A stretch of 64,000 nt of DNA from Candidatus Latescibacterota bacterium (GTDB lineage: Bacteria > Latescibacterota > UBA2968 > UBA8231), in the NCBI GenBank assembly GCA_965217585.1, contig OZ244561.1:4288001-4352000 (forward strand). The letters run 5' to 3'. The notes under the pieces are model-generated. The model made no database searches, was not told the origin of the DNA, and saw only the letters and a program-made list of their open reading frames with translations. A program made the position numbers and the translations under genes. Numbering within the stretch: position 1 is the stretch's first letter; each line of letters begins with the position of its first letter. Shown here in pieces: positions 43,792 to 53,882 of the stretch.

Positions 43792-44332
43792 TCGCGCCTT
43801 TGTCGCCATCCGGGTGCCAGCGGCGCTGGGAAAGCTGAGCGACGAGATGCGACCGTTGTGGCCGGCGCAGGGTGTGAGTTGGGTGTCGCCGGAGAACCTT
43901 CATCTGACGCTGCGCTTTCTCGGCGCGGCTGAGGACGCGCAAATCGCCGCGTTGAGGCAGGGGCTGACGGCGGTTGCCGCCCGGCACGAGGGGTTTGTCG
44001 CGGCTATCGAGCAAAGCGGCTGCTTTCCCAATCGCCGTCGGCCGAAGGTTATTTGGGCTGGAGTGGCGGATGCGGACGGACGGTTGGGTGCGTTGCAACG
44101 GGATGTTGAAGAAGTGGTGTGCGCTGCTGGTTGGGAGCCGGAGGAACGGGCCTTCCGCCCGCACGTGACGCTGGGTCGGGTGCGAGCAGAGGTGCGCCCG
44201 CCACGCAGCAAGTGGAGTGGCGATCTGCCACCGTTGCAGGTTCCGGTGGAGGCGGTGGAGCTGATCGAAAGCATCCTCAAGCCGACCGGAGCCGAGTATC
44301 GTACCTTGCACCGAGCGGAACTCTCATTGTAA
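43781..44332 (+). CDS. thpR: RNA 2',3'-cyclic phosphodiesterase (2H family)
   Basis: Two HxT motifs: LHLTLRFLG and FRPHVTLGR. Confidence 0.92.
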   Translation: MPVSRAFVAIRVPAALGKLSDEMRPLWPAQGVSWVSPENLHLTLRFLGAAEDAQIAALRQGLTAVAARHEGFVAAIEQSGCFPNRRRPKVIWAGVADADGRLGALQRDVEEVVCAAGWEPEERAFRPHVTLGRVRAEVRPPRSKWSGDLPPLQVPVEAVELIESILKPTGAEYRTLHRAELSL

Positions 44333-44343
44333 AGGAACTTTAT

Positions 44344-45105
44344 ATGCCCGGCCGACCCTACATCCTCGCCGAGACCAATTGGCAGACCGTAGAGCAAACT
44401 CCTTACGAGGTGGCGATCCTGCCGTGGGGGGCTACGGAAGCCCACAACTTTCACCTGCCCTACTCGACCGACGTGGTGCAGTGCGACGAAATCGTCGCGG
44501 TCGCGGCCCGCATCGCCTGGGAGCAGGACGCCAAGGTCATCGTCTTGCCGACCGTGCCCTTTGGCGTCAACACCGGCCAGTTCGATATCAAGCTGGACCT
44601 CAATCTCAACCCCTCGACCCAGTTCGCCGTCCTGCAAGACTTGGCCGAGGTGCTCGCCCATCAGGGCATTCCCAAGCTGCTCATTGTGAACGGGCACGGC
44701 GGCAACGACTTCAAGCAGATGGTGCGGGAGCTTTTGCCGCGCTTTGCGATGTTTATTTGCTGCATGGATTGGTACCGCATTGCCGATCAGGGGCTTTTCG
44801 CGGCTGGCGGCGACCACGCCAACGAGATGGAAACCAGCCTCATGCAATACTTGCGGCCAGATTGGGTACTGCCCCTATCGGAGGCGGGCAGCGGCCACGA
44901 GCACAAGTTTAAGATCGCCGCGCTGCGGGAAGGCTGGGTCTGGACCCAGCGCGATTGGACGCAGGCGACCGACGACACAGGCATCGGCGACCCGCGCCAA
45001 GCCACCCCGGAAAAGGGCCGCCGCTGCTTGGAGCAAGTGGCCGCGCAACTCGCCGGATTTTTGGTCGAGTTGGCCGCCGCCGACCTAGATGACCTCTACG
45101 AGTAG
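44344..45105 (+). CDS. Creatininase family amidohydrolase
   Basis: GATEAHNFHLP, NGHGGN, HANEMETS. Confidence 0.92.
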   Translation: MPGRPYILAETNWQTVEQTPYEVAILPWGATEAHNFHLPYSTDVVQCDEIVAVAARIAWEQDAKVIVLPTVPFGVNTGQFDIKLDLNLNPSTQFAVLQDLAEVLAHQGIPKLLIVNGHGGNDFKQMVRELLPRFAMFICCMDWYRIADQGLFAAGGDHANEMETSLMQYLRPDWVLPLSEAGSGHEHKFKIAALREGWVWTQRDWTQATDDTGIGDPRQATPEKGRRCLEQVAAQLAGFLVELAAADLDDLYE

Positions 45106-46168
45106 GGCCGTGCAATTTTACGCGTTCGTCGCCCCCGGGCTAGAGGAAATCGCCCAACGAGAAATCGCGGCGCGCTTGGGAGCCGAGCGGCAGGGCCATC
45201 AGCGCGGTGTGGTGTTTTTTGCGACGGACGCTCCGCCGCAAGCCTTGCTCTCTTTGGGGACGACCGAGGATGTGTTCGCGTTGGTGGCTCGCGGCCGGGT
45301 GGACGCGGTGCGCGAGGGCTTGGCAGAGGCCGGCGCACTCGTTGCGGAGTCGCCGCTTTTTGAAGAAGCCGTGGGCGCGCATCGCCGCGCTCGCCCCAAG
45401 CGGATCAAGCGCATTACCTATCGGATTGTGGCCCAGCGTCGCAGCGGGCAGCAGCGCTATGTGCGCCGAGAGATGCACCGCGCCTTGCAGCGGGCCGTTG
45501 CGTGGCGTTTCCCGCGCTGGAAGCATGTGGCCGAGCAAGCGCTGTTGGAGGTGTGGGGTTTGGAGGCCGCGGGCGAGCTGATCTGCGGGGTGCGCCTTTC
45601 CGACGGGACCATGCGCCACCGCACCTACAAGGTCGCGCAAGTGGAGGCTTCATTGCGGCCGACGGTGGCGCGGGCCTTAGTGATGCTATCCGAGCCAGAG
45701 GATGGCGATGTGGTCCTCGACCCTATGTGTGGGGCCGGGACTATCCTCATTGAGCGGGGGCTGTACGGCCGCTACGGCCAGCTATTGGGCGGCGACATTA
45801 GTTCGGACGCTGTGGCCGCCGCTCGGACGAACATCGGCCCGCGCTACAAGCCGATCGCCATCCGCCAATGGGATGCGCGAGATTTGCCCTTGGACGACGG
45901 CAGCGTAGATCGGGTGGTGTGCAACCTGCCCTTTGGCAAAAAGATCGGCCAGCCGCAAGCGTTGCGCACGCTCTACGAGGGTTTTGCTCGCGAGGTGGCA
46001 AGAGTGCTAAGGGCCGGTGGAGTGGCCGTGTGCCTGACTAGCGAGCGCACCCTGCTGGCCGAAGCATTCGGCGCATGGCCGGGTATGTACATGGAGCGCG
46101 TGTTCCCGGTCGAGGTGCTGGGGCAACAGGCGTTTGGTTGTAAATTGAAGAAAGGCGCTGACCGTTAG
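45089..46168 (+). CDS. THUMP-domain RNA m2G methyltransferase (TrmN/RlmL-like)
   Basis: PGLEEIA, MRHRTY, LDPMCGAGTILIE, CNLPFG. Confidence 0.85.
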   Translation: MTSTSRAVQFYAFVAPGLEEIAQREIAARLGAERQGHQRGVVFFATDAPPQALLSLGTTEDVFALVARGRVDAVREGLAEAGALVAESPLFEEAVGAHRRARPKRIKRITYRIVAQRRSGQQRYVRREMHRALQRAVAWRFPRWKHVAEQALLEVWGLEAAGELICGVRLSDGTMRHRTYKVAQVEASLRPTVARALVMLSEPEDGDVVLDPMCGAGTILIERGLYGRYGQLLGGDISSDAVAAARTNIGPRYKPIAIRQWDARDLPLDDGSVDRVVCNLPFGKKIGQPQALRTLYEGFAREVARVLRAGGVAVCLTSERTLLAEAFGAWPGMYMERVFPVEVLGQQAFGCKLKKGADR

Positions 46169-46207
46169 AGCAGCGCATGAGACATTACATAAACAAAGGA
46201 GATAGTC

Positions 46208-46996
46208 ATGGCTGATTTTACGGGCCAAGTAGTTATCGTAACCGGCGGTGCTAAGGGCATTGGTGGGGGGATTTCGCGGGCGTTCGCCAGCCAAGGAGCG
46301 CAGGTGGCAGCGTTGGACATAGACGCGGAGGCTGGCGCGGCCTTGGCCGAGGAGGAGGGCCAGATCCGCTTTTTTGAGGCCGACGTATCCAGCGACGAGG
46401 TCTGCGCCCAAACCGTGGGACAGATCATCGACGATTGGGGCCGCGTTGACGTGTTGTGCAACAACGTCGGCATCCAGCCTGTGCCCAGCTATCTGCCGGC
46501 CCACGAGCTGCCGATAGAAATGTGGGATCGGATCATTGACGTCAATCTGAAGAGCTTCTTCCTGATGGCTAGACATTGCTTGCCGCAGATGATGGAGCAG
46601 CGCAAGGGGGTCATTATCAACACGGCCAGCGTCCAGGGTTTGCAGTCGGCGTCGATGGTTTCGGCTTATGCCGCCAGCAAGGGCGGGATTATTTCTCTGA
46701 CGAGGCAGCTTGCGCTCGACTACGCCCGGTACGGAATTCGGGTTTTGGCGGTCAATCCAGGGGGCATTCAGACGCCGTTAGTCGATGAGGTGATTGAGGC
46801 ATTCGGCCACGAGCGCGAGCAATTTTTCAAGGACTACGCCAGAATCCATCCGATTGGCCGCTATGGGCAGCCGGAAGACATTGCCAACGCCATGTTGTTC
46901 TTGGCTAGCGACAAGGCATCGTTTATGACTGGCGAGAATGTCTGCGTCGATGGGGGGCTGATGGCTAAGGGGGCGTGGGCTGAGGTTGAGGAGTGA
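46208..46996 (+). CDS. Short-chain dehydrogenase/reductase
   Basis: TGGAKGIG, NNVG, YAASKGG, VDGG. Confidence 0.93.
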   Translation: MADFTGQVVIVTGGAKGIGGGISRAFASQGAQVAALDIDAEAGAALAEEEGQIRFFEADVSSDEVCAQTVGQIIDDWGRVDVLCNNVGIQPVPSYLPAHELPIEMWDRIIDVNLKSFFLMARHCLPQMMEQRKGVIINTASVQGLQSASMVSAYAASKGGIISLTRQLALDYARYGIRVLAVNPGGIQTPLVDEVIEAFGHEREQFFKDYARIHPIGRYGQPEDIANAMLFLASDKASFMTGENVCVDGGLMAKGAWAEVEE

Positions 46997-47046
46997 GAGA
47001 GCGGGGATTGTCGCCGAAGTAGTTTAATGAATGAAGAAATAGATAT

Positions 47047-50000
47047 ATGCCCGGCCAATTGTTCACTCATTACTTCCTCACCGACGGTATAAAGGGCACG
47101 GCTGAGTGGAAAGCGTCTCTGGGCCAGCCGGAAGCGTTTGCTGCGTTTGGGAACGGCGTTACTCGACATCACGACGCCCTCAGCCGTTCCCGAAATCCCA
47201 ACGAAGCTCGCACGGAGGAAGAGCTGATTCGTCCGGTTCTGGAGCTATTGGGATGGACCGAGTACGTGCCTCAGCCAAGCGCCGCTGGCCATGAGGACAT
47301 TCCCGATCACCTGCTTTTCGCTGACGCCGAATCCAAGGTGCGGGCCGGGAATCCCTTCCAGAACGCGACAGTAGTTGAAGAGAGTAAGCGCTTTGGGCTT
47401 TCGCTCGACAGCCGGGATCGGAAGGATCGGGCGCAGCGTGGGACGCCGCACGGCCAGATTCTTCGATACTTGGCGACGGCTGAGATCGAGTCGGAGGGGC
47501 ACATTCGCTGGGGCATCCTGACCAATGGCAGCGTCTGGCGGCTGTATGACTATCGCGCCCGGCCACGCGCCAGTGGTTTCTTTGAAGCCGACTTGGCAGA
47601 ACTGCTCAAGCCCGGCAATGAAGACGATCTCCGCGTTTTTCATCTGCTGTTTCGCCGCGAGTCCTTCACTCTTCGGGATGGGGCCACGACTACGTTCCTT
47701 GAAGCGGCGTTGGCTGAGGGTCGGCGCTATGAGGAACAGGTTGCGCAGGATCTTTCGGGGGTGGTGTTCGAGCGGGTGTTTCCCAGCCTCGTCAATGCGC
47801 TTGCGAAGGAATCGGGAGGAAGTCTCTCCGAGAGCCGGGATGCGGCGTTGATCTTCCTCTATCGGCTGCTGTTTGTGCTCTATGCCGAGGACCGGGGGCT
47901 GCTGCCGGTCAACGACGAGCGGTACGATGACTATGGTTTGCGCAAGTCCGTCCGCGACGACATTGGGCACAGGATGGCGGCTGACGACACGTACTCGGCG
48001 ATTGCTACCAATTATTACGACCACCTGACGACGTTATTTAAGCTCATCGACAAGGGCGACGAGTCTATTGGTTTGCCGCCGTATAACGGGGGGCTGTTCG
48101 CGGTGGAAGCAGCGCCCTTGCTGGAAGCGGTCCGCTTGGACGACAAAGAGATTGCACCGATCATCTACGATCTGAGCCACGCCGAGGATTCGCAGGGCGT
48201 GCGGCGCTTTGTCAACTACCGCGACATGTCCGTGCAGCAGCTTGGCTCGATCTACGAGCGGCTGCTGGAGCGCGAGCCGGTGCGCGATGACGACGGCAAA
48301 ATTTCCATTCGTCCCAATCCGTATGCCCGCAAGGACAGCGGCAGTTTCTATACCTCTCAGGAACTCGTCGATCTGATTGTCGAGCGGACCTTGAAGCCGC
48401 TGGCCGAAGAGCGGCTTAACGCCTTTGTGGAAAAAGCCGACGCGCTCAAGAGCGACCGTCGATCCAAGAAGGAACGGCGGGCGGAACTTGAGCGGCTTGA
48501 CCCGGCAGAGGCCGTACTAGACCTCAAAGTTCTGGACCCGGCTATGGGTAGCGGGCACTTCCTCGTCACGGCGGTGGATTTTTTGTCGGACTACATCGCC
48601 GAGTTGATCGAGCGCGTCTCCGAAATTCCGGAGTGGTTGGACGGCGAGTACGCGTCGCCGCTGGTGGGGCGCGTGGCGGCGATTCGGGATGACCTTCGCA
48701 AACGGGCCTACGCATCGAACTGGGTTTTGGACGAGGCGCAGCTTACCGACCAAGCCATTATTCGCCGCATGGTGCTCAAGCGCTGCATTTACGGGGTGGA
48801 TAAGAATCGGCTGACGGTTGAGTTGGCCAAGGTGTCGCTGTGGCTGCACAGTTTTACGGTGGGTGCGCCGCTGTCTTTTCTCGATCACCATCTGCGTTGC
48901 GGTGATTCGCTGGTTGGTCTGCGGGTGCGGGACGCCACCGATGAGTTGCACCGGCTCGGCGGGATGTTTGCCGGTAGCGCCATTGCCGGGGCGGAGACGG
49001 CCACCGACGGGATGCAGCGCATTGAGGAAATGTCCGACGCCGACGTTGCGGAGGTGCAGGAATCGGCAGTGCTGTTCGACGGGGTGGAGGAGACGACCGC
49101 TGACCTGCGCGGCTTGCTCGACTTTTTGTGCGGCTGGAGTTGGCTGACGGCTGGGATGAAGAAGAAAGAACGCGATGAATTTGAGGGGCCGTTGGTTACG
49201 ACGCTCGGCCAGCATACGGCGACGGCGTACGAGCTTTTGGCGCGCGGGCCGGAGGAAATGGACGTTGCCGATGACACGCAGTTTGCCGAGTTGTGGCGTG
49301 CGGCGCGAACCATTGTCAACCGCGAGGGCTTTTTGCATTGGGAGGTGGCCTTTCCGGGGGTGTGGCATCGGTGGCAGGAAAGCCGTCCGCAAGGCGGCTT
49401 TGATGCGGTTATTGGCAATCCGCCGTGGGATCAGATCGAACAGCCGGAAGTAGAATGGTTCGCAATCCGCGACGAAGAGATAGCCCACGCAGCAACTGGA
49501 GCCAAGCGAAAGTCACTGATCAAAAAGAAAAAAGAGGCAGGCGATAAACTCGTCTTGGAGTACGAAACGGTGCGGAACCACGCTACGGCGATGCGCGAGT
49601 TCATTCGATCAGCGGATGAGTATCCGCTTCTAAGTGGCGGTCGCATCAATCTGTACTCGCTGTTCGTTGAGCGGGCCATAAGTCTGATTAAGCCGGATGG
49701 CTTTATAGGTCTGCTGACTCCGTCGGGCATTTATTCTGACAAGACCGCGGCCCGTTTCTTCAAGTCCGTTTCTATCAAAGGCCGGGTGGCGGGTCTGTTG
49801 GATTTTGAGAATCGTCGCCCTGGAACCGATTTGCCACCTTTCTTTCCGGATGTGGACCCCCGCTTCAAATTCTGCGCCCTCATACTCGGTGGAAAGAAGC
49901 GAAGATTCAGAAAGACCGAATGCGCCTTTTTTCTGCACGACACGAAAACGATCGCAGACGAGGACCGCTGTTTTCAGTTGACGTCCGCGGACTTCTCCCG

Positions 50001-51063
50001 CGTGAATCCGAATACCGGCACCGCGCCCGTGTTCCGCCGCCGCCGCGACGCTGACATTACTCGTGGAATCTATGAGCGGCATCCGGTACTGGTGGATCGC
50101 TCAGGAGGAGGGGAATGCAAGGCGTGGCCAGTGCGGTTCATGCAGGGACTGTTTAATATGACGTCCGACTCCCATCTCTTTCGCACCGCCGTGCAGTTCG
50201 AAGCCGAAGGTTTCTATCCTGTCGAGGGCAACCGCTGGAAACGGGGGGAAGAAATGTATCTGCCGCTGTACGAAGGGAAGATGGTGCAGGCATTCGACCA
50301 CCGAGCCGCCAGCGTGGTTGTCAAACCAGAGAACCTATTCCGACCTGGACAGCCCAAGAGAACCTCATACGAGGAATATCGTGATCCAGCTTTTACACCC
50401 AGTCCTCGCTACTGGATTAACCAACGGGAGCATTCAGCTACACAGAGTTTCGAATGGATGCTCTGCTTCAAGGACGTCACGGCCTCAACCAACGTCCGCA
50501 CCATGATTGCCTCTATCGTCCCGCAAGTCGGATGTGGGCACAAGCTGCCACTCCTGCTTCCTGGCGAAGACGAATTTAATAGCCTAGACGTAGCATGTGT
50601 ATTAGCGAATCTCAATAGCTTCGCTTTCGATTACGTGACTCGCCAGAAGGTTCAAGCCACAAACGTCACTTGGTACATCGTCGAACAGCTCCCCGTCATC
50701 GCCCCTGCCGACTACGACCGCTCCTTCGGCGCAACGACCGCCCGTGACCTCGTCCGCGACCACGTGCTCCGCCTCACCTACACCGCCCACGACATGGCCC
50801 CCTTCGCCCGCGACCTCGGCTACGACGGCGAGCCCTTCATCTGGGACGAAGAGGAACGCCGCCACCTCCGCGCCCGTCTCGACGCCCTCTACTTCCACCT
50901 CTACGGCCTGTCGCGGGACGACGCCGAATACGTGCTCGACACCTTCCCAATCGTCCGCCGCGAAGACGAAGCCGCTTTCGGAACATACCGCACCCGCGAT
51001 ATGACGCTGGCGTATATGAACGCGCTGGCGGCGGGGGATACGGAGACGAGGGTGGCGGTGTAG
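47047..51063 (+). CDS. Fused type IIG restriction-modification enzyme (Eco57I-like REase-N6-MTase-TRD)
   Basis: N-terminal PD..EESK nuclease and ILTNG; YNGGLF; LGSIYERLL; VLDPAMGSGHFL (motif I); IGNPPW (motif IV); C-terminal TRD. Confidence 0.9.
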   Translation: MPGQLFTHYFLTDGIKGTAEWKASLGQPEAFAAFGNGVTRHHDALSRSRNPNEARTEEELIRPVLELLGWTEYVPQPSAAGHEDIPDHLLFADAESKVRAGNPFQNATVVEESKRFGLSLDSRDRKDRAQRGTPHGQILRYLATAEIESEGHIRWGILTNGSVWRLYDYRARPRASGFFEADLAELLKPGNEDDLRVFHLLFRRESFTLRDGATTTFLEAALAEGRRYEEQVAQDLSGVVFERVFPSLVNALAKESGGSLSESRDAALIFLYRLLFVLYAEDRGLLPVNDERYDDYGLRKSVRDDIGHRMAADDTYSAIATNYYDHLTTLFKLIDKGDESIGLPPYNGGLFAVEAAPLLEAVRLDDKEIAPIIYDLSHAEDSQGVRRFVNYRDMSVQQLGSIYERLLEREPVRDDDGKISIRPNPYARKDSGSFYTSQELVDLIVERTLKPLAEERLNAFVEKADALKSDRRSKKERRAELERLDPAEAVLDLKVLDPAMGSGHFLVTAVDFLSDYIAELIERVSEIPEWLDGEYASPLVGRVAAIRDDLRKRAYASNWVLDEAQLTDQAIIRRMVLKRCIYGVDKNRLTVELAKVSLWLHSFTVGAPLSFLDHHLRCGDSLVGLRVRDATDELHRLGGMFAGSAIAGAETATDGMQRIEEMSDADVAEVQESAVLFDGVEETTADLRGLLDFLCGWSWLTAGMKKKERDEFEGPLVTTLGQHTATAYELLARGPEEMDVADDTQFAELWRAARTIVNREGFLHWEVAFPGVWHRWQESRPQGGFDAVIGNPPWDQIEQPEVEWFAIRDEEIAHAATGAKRKSLIKKKKEAGDKLVLEYETVRNHATAMREFIRSADEYPLLSGGRINLYSLFVERAISLIKPDGFIGLLTPSGIYSDKTAARFFKSVSIKGRVAGLLDFENRRPGTDLPPFFPDVDPRFKFCALILGGKKRRFRKTECAFFLHDTKTIADEDRCFQLTSADFSRVNPNTGTAPVFRRRRDADITRGIYERHPVLVDRSGGGECKAWPVRFMQGLFNMTSDSHLFRTAVQFEAEGFYPVEGNRWKRGEEMYLPLYEGKMVQAFDHRAASVVVKPENLFRPGQPKRTSYEEYRDPAFTPSPRYWINQREHSATQSFEWMLCFKDVTASTNVRTMIASIVPQVGCGHKLPLLLPGEDEFNSLDVACVLANLNSFAFDYVTRQKVQATNVTWYIVEQLPVIAPADYDRSFGATTARDLVRDHVLRLTYTAHDMAPFARDLGYDGEPFIWDEEERRHLRARLDALYFHLYGLSRDDAEYVLDTFPIVRREDEAAFGTYRTRDMTLAYMNALAAGDTETRVAV

Positions 51064-51145
51064 ATGGCTCATTGACTTATTTCAAGATTCAGCGGTACAT
51101 TCCGTTAGTTCAAAACTCTCGCCCTCGAAAGAAGGTACCAACGCT

Positions 51146-52285
51146 ATGTCCCAAGAACGACTCGACGACCGCCTGCATCTTCCGAGCCTGTCGATAAAAG
51201 GGTTTCGGGGAATCAAGGAGCTTTCCATTGAGCGGTTAGGCCGCGTGACGCTGCTGGCGGGCAAGAATAGCGTCGGCAAGACGACCGTTTTAGATGCCGT
51301 CCGAGTCTATGCGGCGCGCGGGAACTATGAAGTTCTGTCCAGTGTGTTGAAAAGCCACGAAGAAGTGGCTGCTCTTGCCGACGGAACCGGCCAAGAACGA
51401 GTCGGCCCCTACTTGGAAGTGCTCTTCCACGGACGGGACGCCTCTCAGGGAGCCTTCCTCTCGATAGGTCCGAATGACGATTCAGACCAACTCGTAATTG
51501 AAGCGGTCCCTCCAGAGGAAGACTCTCACTCTACTCAGCGATTTCCCTTTCCTTTTTTGAGTCCTTCAGTACAGACTTTCAAAATTGTGTTTCAAGGCCA
51601 AGAGCTGACAAATTCTTGGTTTTTCTCTCCCTATGCCTTGAGTACCAAAATAGCCAAGAACCGTCGTGTATATCAGTCTATGGGAGGATTTTCATTCAAC
51701 AAACAATCGACCGCAATAGCATGTCAATCTATAGGTCCAGAGTTGTTGACTAACAACGCGATTGTGGAACTTTGGGATACTATCGCGCTTACCGAAGATG
51801 AAGATCGGGTAATAAATGCCCTACAGCCCATCCTCGGCGACCAAGTAAAGCGTATTGCGATAATTGGCGATGACAGTAACGGTCGGCGAGCTGTCGCCAA
51901 AATTCAGGATCAAACCTTTCCGGTCCCTTTGAAAAGTCTGGGCGACGGGGCACTGCGTTTGTTCGGCGTTGCTCTGGTCCTCATCAATAGCCGGGACGGT
52001 TTCCTGCTCATCGACGAAGCCGAAAACGGCATTCACCATTCCATACAGCCCGATTTCTGGCGCATGATCTTTAAGACCGCCCACGCAAACAACGTCCAAG
52101 TCATTGCAACGACGCACAGCTTTGACTGTGTGCGCGGCTTCGCACAAGCGCTGACCGAGTGCGAGGAAGTCGACGGTGCGCTTGTGCGTCTTGAACAGAA
52201 AGACGGGGAGATGTGGGCGGTCGAGTATTCAGAGCGTAATCTCAAAGCCGTTGCTAAACAAAGTATTGGTACTGAGGTGAGGTAG
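51146..52285 (+). CDS. ABC-type ATPase (AAA_15/AAA_21-like)
   Basis: GKNSVGKT, signature SLGDG, LLIDEAENGIH, ATTHS. Confidence 0.9.
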   Translation: MSQERLDDRLHLPSLSIKGFRGIKELSIERLGRVTLLAGKNSVGKTTVLDAVRVYAARGNYEVLSSVLKSHEEVAALADGTGQERVGPYLEVLFHGRDASQGAFLSIGPNDDSDQLVIEAVPPEEDSHSTQRFPFPFLSPSVQTFKIVFQGQELTNSWFFSPYALSTKIAKNRRVYQSMGGFSFNKQSTAIACQSIGPELLTNNAIVELWDTIALTEDEDRVINALQPILGDQVKRIAIIGDDSNGRRAVAKIQDQTFPVPLKSLGDGALRLFGVALVLINSRDGFLLIDEAENGIHHSIQPDFWRMIFKTAHANNVQVIATTHSFDCVRGFAQALTECEEVDGALVRLEQKDGEMWAVEYSERNLKAVAKQSIGTEVR

Positions 52286-52289
52286 GTGG

Positions 52290-52922
52290 ATGGATAATAA
52301 TGACCGCGTTCTTCTCGTTGAAGGTCAGGACGACAAGCATGTTGTCCTGCAGCTCTGTAAGTTCCATCAACCCATGCCAGAATTTTGTATTCTGGATAAA
52401 GAAGATGAGGCAGGTAAGGGGGGGATAGAAGTACTCCTCAGAGACATCGGATTGGAGATTCTGGCTCCCGGTCGCAAAGCCGTCGGTATCCTCGTGGACG
52501 CAAACGACGATTTAGATGCCCGCTGGGATGCTGTGTCGCATAGGCTTCGAAAGGAGAATATCGAGGTGCCTCGTACCCCTGAACCAACCGGAACTCTCAT
52601 AGAAGGCACCAGCCGCATCCCTCGCGTCGGTATCTGGTTGATGCCCAACAATACATCGCCCGGCGAACTCGAAAACTTCGTCTCAGAGATGATCCCCGAT
52701 AATGATCCAGTATGGCCGCGGTCCGAGGACTACATTGATGGCATTCCAGAGACCGACCGAAAGTTTACTAAAAAAAAGATACTGCGAGCCAAACTCTACG
52801 CTTGGCTGGCGACGAGAGAGGACCCTAGACAAATGGGTGCCGCCATTGGCGCAAGAGATTTGCATGTGGATGGAACACTCAGCAGAGCATTCGCTAATTG
52901 GCTACGGCAACTGTTCGAGTAA
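52290..52922 (+). CDS. DUF3226-like / TOPRIM-like protein
   Basis: LLVEGQDD, ILVDAND (DxD-like), GIWLMPNNTSPGELENF, AKLYAWLA. Confidence 0.75.
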   Translation: MDNNDRVLLVEGQDDKHVVLQLCKFHQPMPEFCILDKEDEAGKGGIEVLLRDIGLEILAPGRKAVGILVDANDDLDARWDAVSHRLRKENIEVPRTPEPTGTLIEGTSRIPRVGIWLMPNNTSPGELENFVSEMIPDNDPVWPRSEDYIDGIPETDRKFTKKKILRAKLYAWLATREDPRQMGAAIGARDLHVDGTLSRAFANWLRQLFE

Positions 52923-52945
52923 GACGCTGGCGACTAAAGAAAAAG

Positions 52946-53086
52946 ATGATGAAGCACAAAGAATTGATCGCAAAAATGCAGTCGCAGCCTAAATACAAAG
53001 AAAAGTATGATGAAGCAGCACCCGAGTTTGAATTGCTGCGCAAAATGCTCGAAGCACGAAAACGCGCTGATGCAGAAGGAAGATAG
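52946..53086 (+). pseudogene. Truncated XRE/HigA-like antitoxin (N-terminal part only)
   Basis: KEKYDEAAPEFELLRKMLEARKRA resembles the lead-in of HTH antitoxins but stops where the HTH should begin. Confidence 0.55.
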
Positions 53087-53090
53087 CTTG

Positions 53091-53258
53091 ATGAGTACTG
53101 CACAAGAGACAGAATTTGATTATCAGACGTATATGAAAGAAAGCGCTCGAGGGCCAAGCAAAATTAATCGTGGAACAAAGGCGCGTGAAAAACGACGCGA
53201 GGCCGTCAAGGCGCGGATTTCCCAAAAACTACAACAAGGCGATAGGACAGAACCCTGA
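53091..53258 (+). pseudogene. Short ORF, possible antitoxin remnant
   Basis: 55 aa, basic, within a TA-rich low-GC tract; family assignment uncertain. Confidence 0.3.
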
Positions 53259-53377
53259 CGATGCCTCTGCCTATTACAATCGTGGACTATGTTGGCCGCA
53301 TTTGTAAAATTGGCAAGAAGCTAAATCCGACCGTCGTAGTTATCGAGAATCTATCTCAGAAGAGAAGGAGACATCTT

Positions 53378-53662
53378 ATGGACAAGGACTATGTGAAGGG
53401 GATCATTGAAGGATTGGGCGGTGCCAAAGCCTTGATGGATGAGATGGACGAGTACCATGAAATCGTCGCTCGCATGAGAAAGGAGCGTCCCAGCTTAGTG
53501 GAGCGTCATCCTGACAAGTGGGTGGCAATGGGATGGGAGGGAGTTTTAGCCGTAGGCGACTCCATGGATGAAGTACTCGGGGAGGTTGAGAGCCGGGGGC
53601 TACGCGGAGCGGACGTAGTGATCGAGTTCTTGGACACGGACCCTCCCCTGCTGATCCTATGA
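53378..53662 (+). CDS. DUF5678-like small protein
   Basis: RBS AAGGAG; LVERHPDKWVAM..VLAVGDSMDEV..VIEFL. Confidence 0.65.
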   Translation: MDKDYVKGIIEGLGGAKALMDEMDEYHEIVARMRKERPSLVERHPDKWVAMGWEGVLAVGDSMDEVLGEVESRGLRGADVVIEFLDTDPPLLIL

Positions 53663-53684
53663 TCATCGGCGAATTCTGGGCCAC

Positions 53685-53882
53685 ATGCCACGTAAAATCA
53701 GAGAACTTATCAAAGACCTTGAAAATGCTGGGTTTGTAAACCGTGGTGGAAAAGGAAGCCATAGGAAGTTTGTGCATTCTAACGTTTCTAAGTCTGTGAT
53801 ACTTGCCGGTCAGCTTGGTGCTGACGCAAAACACTATCAAGAGAAGGCTGTCAAAGCCGCTATCGAGGAGTCGAAGAAATGA
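53685..53882 (+). CDS. hicA: HicA family toxin
   Basis: ELIKDLENAGF..GKGSHRKFVH. Confidence 0.9.
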   Translation: MPRKIRELIKDLENAGFVNRGGKGSHRKFVHSNVSKSVILAGQLGADAKHYQEKAVKAAIEESKK

